This document shows positions 9,269 through 19,279 of a stretch of DNA of 64,000 nucleotides, piece after piece. Positions within the stretch are counted from its first letter, which is position 1, and every line of letters begins with the position of its first letter. A program made the position numbers and the translations under genes. The notes below the pieces were generated by a model. The model worked only from the letters and a program-made list of their open reading frames with translations, was not told the DNA's origin and ran no database searches. The stretch is taken from positions 124,001-188,000 of IMG/VR virus record IMGVR_UViG_3300001782_000005; one strand, 5' to 3'.

Positions 9269-10711
9269 TTAAAAATCAGAATTCATCAGTTGTTGCATTT
9301 CATTAAATTCATCACCTAATTTATTGGCAAAATATAGAGTATAGAATCTTATCATATCCTCTTCAATCTTTGAAAGAGGAATACCAACAAGTTTCTGACC
9401 ATCAAAAATATTACAAAAACTAACTCTTGATATTCTACCAACAAAATAACTCAAGACTTTATGTGGGTATAACTTTGTTCGAAAACCAAGAAAGTTATCT
9501 GTATCATTCTGTATATTTATATAATTGTGAATCCCTTTCAATTTATATGTTGTGGTAATCGAAGGTTGTTCAAGCGGATAATAATCAAGTAGGGAAAACA
9601 AATTCCCATACTGACTCTTAAATGTCCTCTTTAACAAACCATGTAAATATACAGAAAGAACAGCAGCATGATCAGGTGAAATAGTCTTGAAATGAATATA
9701 GGGTATATTTGTTAACCTTGATAAAACAGGAAAGACAAGACATTCACATAAAGGAGATACGTGTTTTATCTGACCGGCCCTAGTTTGAAATTCTACTATC
9801 GAAGTGTCAGAATTTTTCTTATCATCGAAAGTAGACACAGTTAGTCTCTCTATCATGTCATATATCTGCTTAAATGCAACGCCTTTTAATCTTCCCAACG
9901 TATCATTATAAGAATATGTCTTGAGATTATTAACGCTCTGTGAGTGAATATCCTCAGTTGCAACAGAATCATCATATATAATTGACCCTTTATAAACTGA
10001 TCTCAAAAACCACTTCACAGACTCATCAACAACCCCGACAAAATAAGTAATTGGATTTCTACCATCACAGAGAACAAGAATTGAGTTCATAATAAAATTA
10101 AATATCTCAATCACATGGACATCAATTCCCTTTCCCTGTATCATCTTTATATAATCCCACATATACCGATCTGTAAGATTATATCGAAAAGTTTTTGTTT
10201 TAATCACGTTGAAAATTTTGAAAACTATCTCAGTTTCCAAAATATCATCCGCTAACTGATTATAAATCTTCTTATGCAAACGATCACTCAATCTCATGTT
10301 CTCACTATTCGAAATTAATGCATATAATTTCAAATAGCTAGATAATTGAACTATTCTTTCAATTTCATCTGCGGTAAATAAAATAGAGGTTTTCTTTGCC
10401 TTGGATTCATCAACGAATTGATTAAAATCCATATTCTCCAACTGCATGGTCATATCAACATATTTCTTAATCATTGGAATATTTTCGGATAAACTAACAA
10501 ATCTCTTCTCAGGGTCATCCACATATTTGGAAAGAAAATCATAGAACCAATCATCAAATTCTTGACCACAGAGTTCTGAAACTCTCTTAATAAAACTCGT
10601 AACTATATCAAATTTATTTGTTATAGAAGATGCTGTTAACTCGAGAAAGAACTCACGGTCTCCCACAGTCACAACCCAACTTTTTGAATCCTCTTGTCTG
10701 AAGTCTATCAA
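9269..10711 (-). CDS. Putative promoter-specificity (sigma-like) subunit of phage non-virion RNA polymerase, AR9 gp226 / phiKZ gp68 type
   Basis: 480 aa, helical; segments DFNQ...SSYLKLYALI, KIFNVIKTK...TDRYMWDYIK and NPITYFVGVV...KWFL are collinear with AR9 gp226 as I recall it; alignment not computed. Confidence 0.6.
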   Translation of the reverse strand: MIDFRQEDSKSWVVTVGDREFFLELTASSITNKFDIVTSFIKRVSELCGQEFDDWFYDFLSKYVDDPEKRFVSLSENIPMIKKYVDMTMQLENMDFNQFVDESKAKKTSILFTADEIERIVQLSSYLKLYALISNSENMRLSDRLHKKIYNQLADDILETEIVFKIFNVIKTKTFRYNLTDRYMWDYIKMIQGKGIDVHVIEIFNFIMNSILVLCDGRNPITYFVGVVDESVKWFLRSVYKGSIIYDDSVATEDIHSQSVNNLKTYSYNDTLGRLKGVAFKQIYDMIERLTVSTFDDKKNSDTSIVEFQTRAGQIKHVSPLCECLVFPVLSRLTNIPYIHFKTISPDHAAVLSVYLHGLLKRTFKSQYGNLFSLLDYYPLEQPSITTTYKLKGIHNYINIQNDTDNFLGFRTKLYPHKVLSYFVGRISRVSFCNIFDGQKLVGIPLSKIEEDMIRFYTLYFANKLGDEFNEMQQLMNSDF

Positions 10712-11313
10712 CTTTTTTTCCTCCCCCTAATCTTCGAGATTATATCCCTTATCCTCTTGAGTTTCGTCTTATCCCCTTCATTAATTTCAATAAATTCTGG
10801 AAGCGCAGATTCATCTAAAATGAGAGCTTCAATTTCATCTACTTCTTTCTGCTCTTCTGCCTTTCTTCGATCATCTACACTTCTATAAATTTTTATACTA
10901 CTCTCCAGTTTGTCTTTCTTATACTGAAAATAAAGTTGAACATCGACAGGATCAGTAAGTCGCCCCATAACTTCATTATCATCTCGAATTTGTGTACAAT
11001 AGTTTAATACCCACTCCGATTCCACAATTTTCTCTCTCATATCAGGTTCATCTCTAACATGCTGACAATACATATATGCCCATTTTGAAGTTGTAATCAT
11101 CTCTTTTAACTCAGGGTCAATCTCTTTATTATCATCGAATTTATCATCTCTAAGTTTAAGGCATTGATAATATGCCCACTGAGAAACTGCATCTTCAGTA
11201 ATCCACATTTTTGTCTCAGTAAGCATAGGGTTAACATCATCTTCTAATAATCCGTATTTCATCATATTCTTACGTTCTTTCACTTCATGATCATCAGACA
11301 TTTCTCTCTCCAA
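10708..11313 (-). CDS. Helical-repeat protein (W/Y-A-x-x-Y-C repeats)
   Basis: Repeats of about 23 aa such as SKWAYMYCQHVRDEPDMREKIVE. Confidence 0.6.
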   Translation of the reverse strand: MEREMSDDHEVKERKNMMKYGLLEDDVNPMLTETKMWITEDAVSQWAYYQCLKLRDDKFDDNKEIDPELKEMITTSKWAYMYCQHVRDEPDMREKIVESEWVLNYCTQIRDDNEVMGRLTDPVDVQLYFQYKKDKLESSIKIYRSVDDRRKAEEQKEVDEIEALILDESALPEFIEINEGDKTKLKRIRDIISKIRGRKKS

Positions 11314-11710
11314 TTATTCGACCCATCACTCCTCTTCTAATTAAGAGTTCAGGATATTTACCTGCATATTCTTCAGCCTTTTTCGTATCTTTCTCAACAA
11401 AACGATAATAATAATACTTCCAAGGTCTTTCAGTAATTCTCTCTTTCATATCTTCGTCATTGGAGACATCTTCACAATAGAACGCTGCAAACTCTGATTC
11501 TGTAATTAAATCTCTAATTTCTGACCGATTCTCAATATATTTACAATAAATAAAAGCATATTTAGATCCTTTAATCATCGACCAAACTTCTGGATCATCC
11601 TCTACGTTATAACAATAATCAAATGCCCATTTATCAATCTGCTCCTGCTCGATCCACACTCCAATTGCTTCTCCTTTCATAAGATAATAAAAAAAACGAA
11701 CAAACCACAT
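11294..11710 (-). CDS. Helical-repeat protein, paralog of the adjacent gene
   Basis: KWAFDYC / KYAFIYC / EFAAFYC repeats. Confidence 0.6.
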   Translation of the reverse strand: MWFVRFFYYLMKGEAIGVWIEQEQIDKWAFDYCYNVEDDPEVWSMIKGSKYAFIYCKYIENRSEIRDLITESEFAAFYCEDVSNDEDMKERITERPWKYYYYRFVEKDTKKAEEYAGKYPELLIRRGVMGRIIGERNV

Positions 11711-11726
11711 ATACCTTAATCTATTA

Positions 11727-11740
11727 ATTAATATATATAG
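11727..11740 (-). promoter_or_regulatory. Putative early promoter CTATATATATTAAT (copy 2)
   Basis: Exact motif upstream of the operon containing the gp226-like gene. Confidence 0.75.
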
Positions 11741-11778
11741 AAAAAGTGTTCAAACTGGAAGGTAATTTGATTGGAAGG

Positions 11779-12309
11779 TTATTTATTTACAGCCTTATCT
11801 ATTCTATTTGCTAAAGTATCCCACCACTTTAACCATTCATTATGTTTAGCACATTTATAATATAGTGGGGCAGCACAGATAATTCTTGGTCTCTTCTGCA
11901 TTCCAATATCCCATCCGGCTCTGGTGTTTTTATCCATATTTAATTTTCTTATAACATCCTCTACTTTATTCTTACTTTCAATATTAGAGGTTAAGCGAAA
12001 ACCAACATAAGTTGGCCAATCCAATTTCATCTCTCCAGGAGGACCATGACCTTCACAACTAGACCTAATCTCCACATTGTCTATTCGATTAATGTCACTC
12101 AACCATTTATCTTTTAAATGCTTATCAATATAATAACCTTTATAAAGTCTCTCCTCTGCATCAGGTGCTCGACCAGATCTCCAACCAGGATACTTCTTAC
12201 CATGCACAAGTTCCCAAGCAAATGTAGGAGCAGGTTTTTTACCAGGCCGAGGGCCCCTAACGTAATGCTGATCCTGAAGATAACTTAAATAACGATCAAT
12301 TATTAACAT
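11779..12309 (-). CDS. Hypothetical protein with SSCEGH motif
   Basis: RSSCEGH, loosely like Tyw3-fold SSCxG proteins; N-terminal IIDRYLSYLQ. Confidence 0.45.
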   Translation of the reverse strand: MLIIDRYLSYLQDQHYVRGPRPGKKPAPTFAWELVHGKKYPGWRSGRAPDAEERLYKGYYIDKHLKDKWLSDINRIDNVEIRSSCEGHGPPGEMKLDWPTYVGFRLTSNIESKNKVEDVIRKLNMDKNTRAGWDIGMQKRPRIICAAPLYYKCAKHNEWLKWWDTLANRIDKAVNK

Positions 12310-12538
12310 CTTTTCACCTGGGATTTAGAACCACAGAGTTCCATGAACTAAAAGGTTGGGTCACTTTAACAGATGTAATACCGGCAGGTTGCTGTAAAAT
12401 CAAGAGACTACCTGAACCCTCTTCTTTCATCCCAAGTACATTTTCCATAAATACCAGAACTTCTTCTCCAGCAGAACCCAAAGTTACATGATCTTCTGCT
12501 AAGACAATCCTCAAATAAAGTGACATTTTGAATACTCC

Positions 12539-13057
12539 TTATATTAATACAAATCTACGTACCATCGCAATGACAACGTTCTTATCCACAAAATCTCCTG
12601 GACAAGTTTTATCCTTAATATTTGAAACCTCATGATGGAACTTAACTCTGTTTACATTCAATTTGAACATCTTAAGCAATGGATTTAAAAGTCTAAAAGC
12701 AAGAACTTCATATAACCTTTTCTCCGGAATTTTGAAATCATATGAACCAAGTAGAGCAACATGAATAGCCGACTTATTCATATTCACATCAATATCATCA
12801 TATTCGCAAAGAGTCACAAATGGCCGACAGGTTATGGGAACATAATCTTCTTTTATCTTATCAATAACAAAATGATAATTCACATCTCCGTGTTTCTGCT
12901 CCAGAACCTGATTATATATGGATTTCATTTGATACTTTGAATTATCAATCTTTGCATCGGTTGCCCCCGGATACTCATCAATAGTGTGGTGTAGGATAAT
13001 CCACTTAACCTTAGTACGCCTCATTTTAAGTATAGATGGTTTAAGTGGTATTCTCAT
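12539..13057 (-). CDS. N-acetylmuramoyl-L-alanine amidase (Amidase_2 / T7 lysozyme type)
   Basis: ILHHT, YHFVI, HHEV and KTCPG zinc-amidase motifs. Confidence 0.85.
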   Translation of the reverse strand: MRIPLKPSILKMRRTKVKWIILHHTIDEYPGATDAKIDNSKYQMKSIYNQVLEQKHGDVNYHFVIDKIKEDYVPITCRPFVTLCEYDDIDVNMNKSAIHVALLGSYDFKIPEKRLYEVLAFRLLNPLLKMFKLNVNRVKFHHEVSNIKDKTCPGDFVDKNVVIAMVRRFVLI

Positions 13058-14070
13058 TATGTATCTCTTTCTCCTTCTGGAGTTGCCTCAGTAGCATCCT
13101 CTGCTGTACCAGCTGCACCTGCTGGACCTGCCTGTCCAGATTGATCATATATTGTTGCTGCATCCGAATTAATATTGCCTGTAGCTAAATCATTAATATC
13201 TTGAAATGATTGCCTGTTTAAATTTCCACTGGCCCTAATATTAAAATCATCTACTGATTCTTGGTTAATATTTGCATCTGACAATAAATTCATATCTCCA
13301 GCAGACTCTTGATTAAGTTTAGCTCCACTCTTCACATTCATATCTTCACCAGACTGTTTATTAAATTTCTTTCCTGCTTTAATATGAATATCTTCAGCAG
13401 CAGTCAAATAGAAAGATTTATCAGTTTTTATTTCAATATCCTGAGCAAAATATGCTTGTAACTTCTGCTCATCTATATCAATGTGAAAGAAATCCCCTTT
13501 ATAAGTCCTTATAAGGACTTTCTCCTTACCAATCCTCTCATCAAAGAGAATAGTCGTCTGGTTGCCATCAATTTGGTAGACCGAAGCGACGTCCCCAGAA
13601 GGGGGCGTTGTAATCTGACGCTTCTTTCCAGTAATCTCAATCCTAGCATCGAACGGATCGTCCGAAATAACGACACATCTTCCTTCATGTGATTTGAAGA
13701 TGACCCACTTGTGCTCATATTCAGATCCTTCTTGAGATTCAGCTTGACATTCGGCCAAAACTTTTGCACTTTCGATATCTAGAGCAGCAAAGTAATACGG
13801 TCTATTTATATTTCCAGCCTCAAAAAATACCCAAACCCATGATCCTTTTCTGGGTATATAAGAAGTACCCATATAATTTTGTGAAGGATCATCTCTTTCA
13901 TTTCTACCGCCAACCGGATTATTTGCAGGGCGTGCCCATAACCCAGTATCTTCCTCAATTAAAGGCATTAAATCAGGAATCCAAACGAGAACTCTCCCAA
14001 ACTTCCCAGCATCTTTATTATCTACGACTTTCGCTCTATACATGCCGAGCATTGGGGTCTCTACTTCCAA
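13057..14070 (-). CDS. Baseplate hub/spike protein (T4 gp5 / VgrG-like OB fold plus beta-helix)
   Basis: YRAKVVDNKD..GRV, WARP, P..GS.VWVFFEAG..NRPYY; 8-residue beta-helix repeats. Confidence 0.85.
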   Translation of the reverse strand: MEVETPMLGMYRAKVVDNKDAGKFGRVLVWIPDLMPLIEEDTGLWARPANNPVGGRNERDDPSQNYMGTSYIPRKGSWVWVFFEAGNINRPYYFAALDIESAKVLAECQAESQEGSEYEHKWVIFKSHEGRCVVISDDPFDARIEITGKKRQITTPPSGDVASVYQIDGNQTTILFDERIGKEKVLIRTYKGDFFHIDIDEQKLQAYFAQDIEIKTDKSFYLTAAEDIHIKAGKKFNKQSGEDMNVKSGAKLNQESAGDMNLLSDANINQESVDDFNIRASGNLNRQSFQDINDLATGNINSDAATIYDQSGQAGPAGAAGTAEDATEATPEGERDT

Positions 14071-14080
14071 TTTTATCTCC

Positions 14081-14575
14081 TTACTTTAACCTAGTTAAAT
14101 AGACCTCTTCTCCTCTTCTAGAAAACCCACCTTGTATTCTCCACCCACTCTTTCCCAAACCGGGAACCACATCAGTTACAAATTTAAAATCAGCTGAATC
14201 TAAAAAGGGTCTTCCAAGAGGACTCGAGGGTGTTGCTTTTATATGTCCCTCAGCTTTAAATTTTCCAAACTTTAATAGCTTATATGTTGGATGTCTAGAG
14301 TGCTTCTTCACCCAGTCATCATATGACTTGGCATTTGGATGTATTATTCCCACATCTAATTTTTGTCTCTTTTTTACTTCTCCTGCACTTGAGGGTTTCT
14401 GTTTCTCACGAGTCTCGATTTCAAAAGGACCTCCTTCAAATAGACCAGTATCTAAATCAAATATAAAACCAAAATTATTTAATGGCCGATCATGCTCAAA
14501 ATATATAATTCGGCCGCTCGCTCTACCAGCGAAATCTTCTCTCAGAGTAGTCAGATAGCTACCCAATAACTTCAT
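14081..14575 (-). CDS. Hypothetical, probably virion-associated
   Basis: Within structural cluster; LLGSYLTTLRE N-terminus. Confidence 0.45.
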   Translation of the reverse strand: MKLLGSYLTTLREDFAGRASGRIIYFEHDRPLNNFGFIFDLDTGLFEGGPFEIETREKQKPSSAGEVKKRQKLDVGIIHPNAKSYDDWVKKHSRHPTYKLLKFGKFKAEGHIKATPSSPLGRPFLDSADFKFVTDVVPGLGKSGWRIQGGFSRRGEEVYLTRLK

Positions 14576-14576
14576 C

Positions 14577-15473
14577 TTATCTCCTTCTAAAAGCTATTCT
14601 TGCAATCTCTACAATATTATTAAAAGCTGTACTATTATATGTATGGATGAAAGTAGGGACAATAGTAGAACCAGTCAACGTACTAACTGTAAGTATAGAG
14701 ATACACCTTGATAAATCTTCAATAGCTGGGATAAAGTTTATAGTTAAATGTCTTAAGAGTTTAGCAGTAAAAGTATGCTGATTTATACCTGGCATTACTC
14801 TAAGATCAGACAAAGATCTAATAAAACTTAAAATATTAGAAAAATCATACTTATCTAAATCAGTAATTATATCCTCAGGATTAAATGTTGCAATAGCTGC
14901 TGATTTCTTATAAACATCTTTTCCACTTTTTAATCCAAAGAAAGAAGATAGAATATAACAACTCAGCAAAAATTTCAACTTGGGAATTTCAGTCGCATAT
15001 GCTCCAACCAAACCATATTCCTTCCCAAACAATCTAACAAATACTGCAAGAAAATAACTCACAAAATTAGCAGCATGGGAATCTTTAACTTTCACTGCCT
15101 TTGTTACCAAATCACCAAATAATATTGTATAAACAGTCGATGCATAGATGTTCCTAGGGTCAACCCTAGACATGTCATCTGTACCAAATGCTCTAAGATT
15201 GACAATGTTCCCTCTGGTCTTTTTATTATATGAAGCAGGAAGATTATACTCTGTAAAACTTACAACATGAATTTTTCTCAATTTAGGTGGATCCGAAATA
15301 ATTTTATAAACTCTCTCTTTCGTGAAATGATTAATTCTTCTCTCAATAAGATTTAGTGTAGCAGCAAGAGTACGTGGACCATCTTCAATAGAATTTGTTT
15401 TTATGACAGATGCTGACAAATCTAGTATATTTGGCACATCTTTTAATAAAGTGAACTTATCTTTTATTACCAT
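14577..15473 (-). CDS. Hypothetical protein
   Basis: 298-aa ORF in the structural operon. Confidence 0.5.
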   Translation of the reverse strand: MVIKDKFTLLKDVPNILDLSASVIKTNSIEDGPRTLAATLNLIERRINHFTKERVYKIISDPPKLRKIHVVSFTEYNLPASYNKKTRGNIVNLRAFGTDDMSRVDPRNIYASTVYTILFGDLVTKAVKVKDSHAANFVSYFLAVFVRLFGKEYGLVGAYATEIPKLKFLLSCYILSSFFGLKSGKDVYKKSAAIATFNPEDIITDLDKYDFSNILSFIRSLSDLRVMPGINQHTFTAKLLRHLTINFIPAIEDLSRCISILTVSTLTGSTIVPTFIHTYNSTAFNNIVEIARIAFRRR

Positions 15474-15476
15474 ATT

Positions 15477-15842
15477 TTACCTTCCGGCTCTTGCACGATA
15501 CATTGATAAATTCTGATTTAATTTTCTCAGTTTCTCCTCCTGACGAGCAATCTTTTTATTCATCATTTCACGGCATTTATTTGGATTATTCGCTTGAGTG
15601 CATTTGGACATACTCCTCCTCATTTCACCAATCAATCGCCTCATACCAGTTATCTTTACTGAGGTATCACAAATAGAGGCTTCTAATCCTTCCAGTCCTT
15701 CACAAGCTCTCTGAGCAACTGAAAGGTAATCTTGATATAACTTTCTTGCTGCAGAACTTAACATTGACGCAGTATACGCACTAACTCTTTCGGATAAACC
15801 CTTTTGAAGATAAATCAAGTAACTCTCAAGTAATTTATTCAT
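15477..15842 (-). CDS. Four-Cys helical protein, paralog of the C-terminus of 15847-16503
   Basis: YLS.A.RAC...C...KC....NP..C...NKK in both. Confidence 0.55.
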   Translation of the reverse strand: MNKLLESYLIYLQKGLSERVSAYTASMLSSAARKLYQDYLSVAQRACEGLEGLEASICDTSVKITGMRRLIGEMRRSMSKCTQANNPNKCREMMNKKIARQEEKLRKLNQNLSMYRARAGR

Positions 15843-15846
15843 GTAT

Positions 15847-16503
15847 CTATAGCTCTCCCAATTTAGCTTTGAGTTTTATAACCTTCTTGTTAATTTTTCC
15901 AACACATAATTCTGGATTTGAAGTAACTTTACATTTGACTTTAGTCCTGTCTAAAAGAGCAATACGAGCTCTAATGCCATCTCTCTTAAACTTTACCATA
16001 CAAGACTTTTTCTCAGGTCCCTTTTTACCTTTACATGCTCTAGCAGCTTTTGAAAGATAATTCTTATATACATAATAACCAGCAGTTAAGATTAAAGCAG
16101 CAAGAGCAGCATAACCAATAACCCCCACCGGCATAGCCCCAGTATCGGCCGCTGGTGCCGTTCTCTCCCCATATTCTATGGCTTTATTCACCAGTTTATC
16201 TACAAAATTCATTATTTGTTGAGGACTCTTATCCGCAAAATCTCTTATAGAATATACAAGTTCTGGATGATCCCCACGACTCATAAAAATTTTCACCAAG
16301 GGAGCATCCCGTTCAAATATAATCCTTATATAAGATAGCTCTGTCTCAGTTAAAGGTTCAGTCATAGAACCATATAAAAGGAGATGCTTAATTTGACCTT
16401 CATCCGCTTCCTTCACATAATTCAACAACTGAATCTTATCTTTATTTGAAAGATTTTCTTGTAGGTCAATGTAATATGCTGTAAATATTTTCAGACTTTC
16501 CAT
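15847..16503 (-). CDS. Membrane-anchored four-Cys helical protein
   Basis: One hydrophobic helix followed by the shared Cys domain. Confidence 0.55.
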   Translation of the reverse strand: MESLKIFTAYYIDLQENLSNKDKIQLLNYVKEADEGQIKHLLLYGSMTEPLTETELSYIRIIFERDAPLVKIFMSRGDHPELVYSIRDFADKSPQQIMNFVDKLVNKAIEYGERTAPAADTGAMPVGVIGYAALAALILTAGYYVYKNYLSKAARACKGKKGPEKKSCMVKFKRDGIRARIALLDRTKVKCKVTSNPELCVGKINKKVIKLKAKLGEL

Positions 16504-16512
16504 AACTACCTC

Positions 16513-16905
16513 CTACCAATTGGCAGTCTCTAAATCAGATACTGCTTTCTGAGAAAATTTATCTTTAACAACTTCTACTACTGACTGGAATGATGGAATA
16601 ATCACTGTACTCAAATCAAACTGCTCAATACAAAAAACTCCATTAACATACATCAAAACCGGAGCAAGAATAACAGTTCCATATTCATCAAATGATAAAT
16701 AATCCGGTCTCATCTTATATTTTGGTTCAAAGGTCTTCTCTTCCGAATTCTTCAATAAATAAAAGAGATGTTTTTCCAAAGTCCACAAACTAGGAGAGGT
16801 AAACGTATAAAGGCCATTATCCGTTGCATATCTTTCAGCAAAAAAATCAAGATCAACTGGTAACCTTATATTTTCTCTTGCCTCAGTACTAACCAATTCT
16901 GCCAT
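16513..16905 (-). CDS. Baseplate wedge protein (T4 gp53 / LysM-like)
   Basis: RPDYLSFDEYG...LMYVN motif. Confidence 0.65.
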   Translation of the reverse strand: MAELVSTEARENIRLPVDLDFFAERYATDNGLYTFTSPSLWTLEKHLFYLLKNSEEKTFEPKYKMRPDYLSFDEYGTVILAPVLMYVNGVFCIEQFDLSTVIIPSFQSVVEVVKDKFSQKAVSDLETANW

Positions 16906-17513
16906 TATCTAGTTACCTCTTCAAGTCCCGGATATTCATCTCTAGACCATTGACAATTTGAGACATTAATTCCAAGGAGATAATTAATTCTCTCAACATC
17001 ATCCTCATCTAAATAACCACTATAATTATCAATGAACCAACTATAATTTCCTCTAATTATTTCCATAGGAATAGCTAGATATCCATTATGATATTTCTCG
17101 TGCATACTTTTCAACAAAACGGCATACCCAACTCTATTGGCATAATGAATTTCAATCGCTTCAAGAGCAATATCAAATGTTGAAAATTCCTGCTCCTTCT
17201 CAATTCTTTTATTAACTAATGCTTTCACTAAAGTATATAAACTAGGAACGTGATGGTGAACATCAATCGTAACTTCATCCATCCTTTCTTGAGTCAACAT
17301 ACAACAATTTATCTGAAGTATATCTTTAATATATGAAGACCATAGACGATACTCAATACTACGTCTAATTAAAGCTTCCACATTACGAATAAACTTCTTA
17401 TACTCAGCTTCCGATTCAAAATTCTTAATTCTTAATGAAAGTCGAAATGGATAAAGATCACTATATAATTCTAGCGCTTCAATATTTGATTGAATTTCAG
17501 TATTTTGTGTCAT
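16905..17513 (-). CDS. HNH-like conserved jumbo-phage protein
   Basis: C..T, DVHHH, L.KSMHEKYH. Confidence 0.5.
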   Translation of the reverse strand: MTQNTEIQSNIEALELYSDLYPFRLSLRIKNFESEAEYKKFIRNVEALIRRSIEYRLWSSYIKDILQINCCMLTQERMDEVTIDVHHHVPSLYTLVKALVNKRIEKEQEFSTFDIALEAIEIHYANRVGYAVLLKSMHEKYHNGYLAIPMEIIRGNYSWFIDNYSGYLDEDDVERINYLLGINVSNCQWSRDEYPGLEEVTR

Positions 17514-17525
17514 AATAATTTCCTC

Positions 17526-19262
17526 TTATACAACTTCCTCTGGAGGCATCCTTGTTACTCCGAACTCAGCAGATACAAATGCTAAAAGGGCCATTATTAT
17601 TGTAAAAACGAGTCCTGCAACTATCCACCCCTCAGAAATAGCAGTAAGTAATGTAATTCCAATAGTACCCGCTGCAAATAACGAACTGAGTACAACCACA
17701 ATAGCTTTCTCAGTCTTTATCTGTTTTTGTGCCTCAGGAGTTCGTAAACGAGAAACTACATCTTTTAAATTCTTTCTAGTTTCTCCCATGACATCTTCTT
17801 TTTTCAGAGATGATTTAATAGCAATAGCCGCAGAAACCGGTTCAACTAACCTACTTGGCAAATTGGGTAGGGAGTTTGAGATAACCTTTTTAGATAATTC
17901 ATAACTCTTTCTAAAACCTGACAAATTCTTATGTGCTACTTGCTCTATACTGGACATACTAACTTCTGGAATCTTCAATTTACTCACTATATTTTTAATC
18001 TTGCTCACATTCTTGCTCAAAACTGCTTTATCTAATTCTTCCCCAACTCTTTTAACAATTGTGGGGGTTAACCTCCTGGCAAAAGATTTTATATCTTCTT
18101 CTAAAACCTGAGGTTCAGGAAGGTACTCCTCCATCTTTGAGGTAGCGAGACACTCTCCAACCAAACGACTTGCTTTAGTTGTCATTTTAAAGAAGGGACT
18201 TGCAGCACGCCGAACATCTTCTAAATCTTCATAGACTTTAGATTGTTCTAAGGAAGAGTATATAAATGAATACTGAACTGTAGAGCAAAGTCCTCTAAAT
18301 GGTTTCATACAGAACGTTGCTCTCTTATTTACGTCGTCAGCAACAACAAACGAATTCCAACCTAATTTATATAATTTTGTGATTCCACCAGCTGATTGAA
18401 AAAACTCATTATCAAAATCCATCATACTAAAGCATACAAAGACATTATCTCGATGGATTGAACGATTAAAAATAACGTCCCTTCTTATATCTCCAGTAAT
18501 AGGAGAACGCTTGAGGAAGGGCAATTTGCCAACAGTAGCATACCACAATTTATAAAGATTCTTTATAATTTTCCTATAAGTCGAAATCGTTTCAGACATT
18601 ATAAAACCGAGTTGTCTATCACTCATAACCAACTCAGCTAAAGTAGCATCTGATCTCACCGGAAAGGGAATTACTTTAACTCCAATTAAACTAGGTCCAA
18701 TATGAGTATCAATTTTTACCCATGTAGGTTCTGCAGTTATCGTACCGCCCAATTGAGTTGTTCTTACATCTACCTTAGCCCTTTCCCTTCTATCTTTAGC
18801 AATCTCCCTTTCTCGCTCCTCTTTTTCCCTCTGTCCCCTTGCACGATCTAAATCCTTTTTTGTTCTGTCATAATCTCGTCTAGAATCACGCAACTCCCTT
18901 TCAAGATCTCTTATCTTCTCCTGGTCTGCCTTCCCTTTAGCCCTTTCTAATTCCTTCTCTAGTCGTTCACTCTTCTTTCTCTCAGCAGCCAATTGAGTTT
19001 CAAGATCTTTCTCAGTAGCAGATTTAGATATCTTCTGCTCCTCAAGAAAATCATCAAGAAAAAGCAAACCACCGTCTTCTTTTAACCGAAGCCTCTGACC
19101 AGTAGTTATCTGGATAGTCTGTTTAGTTCTGACTTTAGAGACCTTCATAATATGATCAAACCAGTATATTAAGACATATCTCTCCAAAACCTTAGCAATT
19201 CCAGGTAGAGCTGCTGGTGAAACTGCCGAAGATGATAGCATTGGATAAACAAAAATAGCCAT
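17526..19262 (-). CDS. Large coiled-coil protein with two C-terminal hydrophobic helices, probably virion-associated
   Basis: Charged heptad region; hydrophobic hairpin at the C-terminus. Confidence 0.5.
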   Translation of the reverse strand: MAIFVYPMLSSSAVSPAALPGIAKVLERYVLIYWFDHIMKVSKVRTKQTIQITTGQRLRLKEDGGLLFLDDFLEEQKISKSATEKDLETQLAAERKKSERLEKELERAKGKADQEKIRDLERELRDSRRDYDRTKKDLDRARGQREKEEREREIAKDRRERAKVDVRTTQLGGTITAEPTWVKIDTHIGPSLIGVKVIPFPVRSDATLAELVMSDRQLGFIMSETISTYRKIIKNLYKLWYATVGKLPFLKRSPITGDIRRDVIFNRSIHRDNVFVCFSMMDFDNEFFQSAGGITKLYKLGWNSFVVADDVNKRATFCMKPFRGLCSTVQYSFIYSSLEQSKVYEDLEDVRRAASPFFKMTTKASRLVGECLATSKMEEYLPEPQVLEEDIKSFARRLTPTIVKRVGEELDKAVLSKNVSKIKNIVSKLKIPEVSMSSIEQVAHKNLSGFRKSYELSKKVISNSLPNLPSRLVEPVSAAIAIKSSLKKEDVMGETRKNLKDVVSRLRTPEAQKQIKTEKAIVVVLSSLFAAGTIGITLLTAISEGWIVAGLVFTIIMALLAFVSAEFGVTRMPPEEVV

Positions 19263-19279
19263 TTGTATTTACCTCCAAA

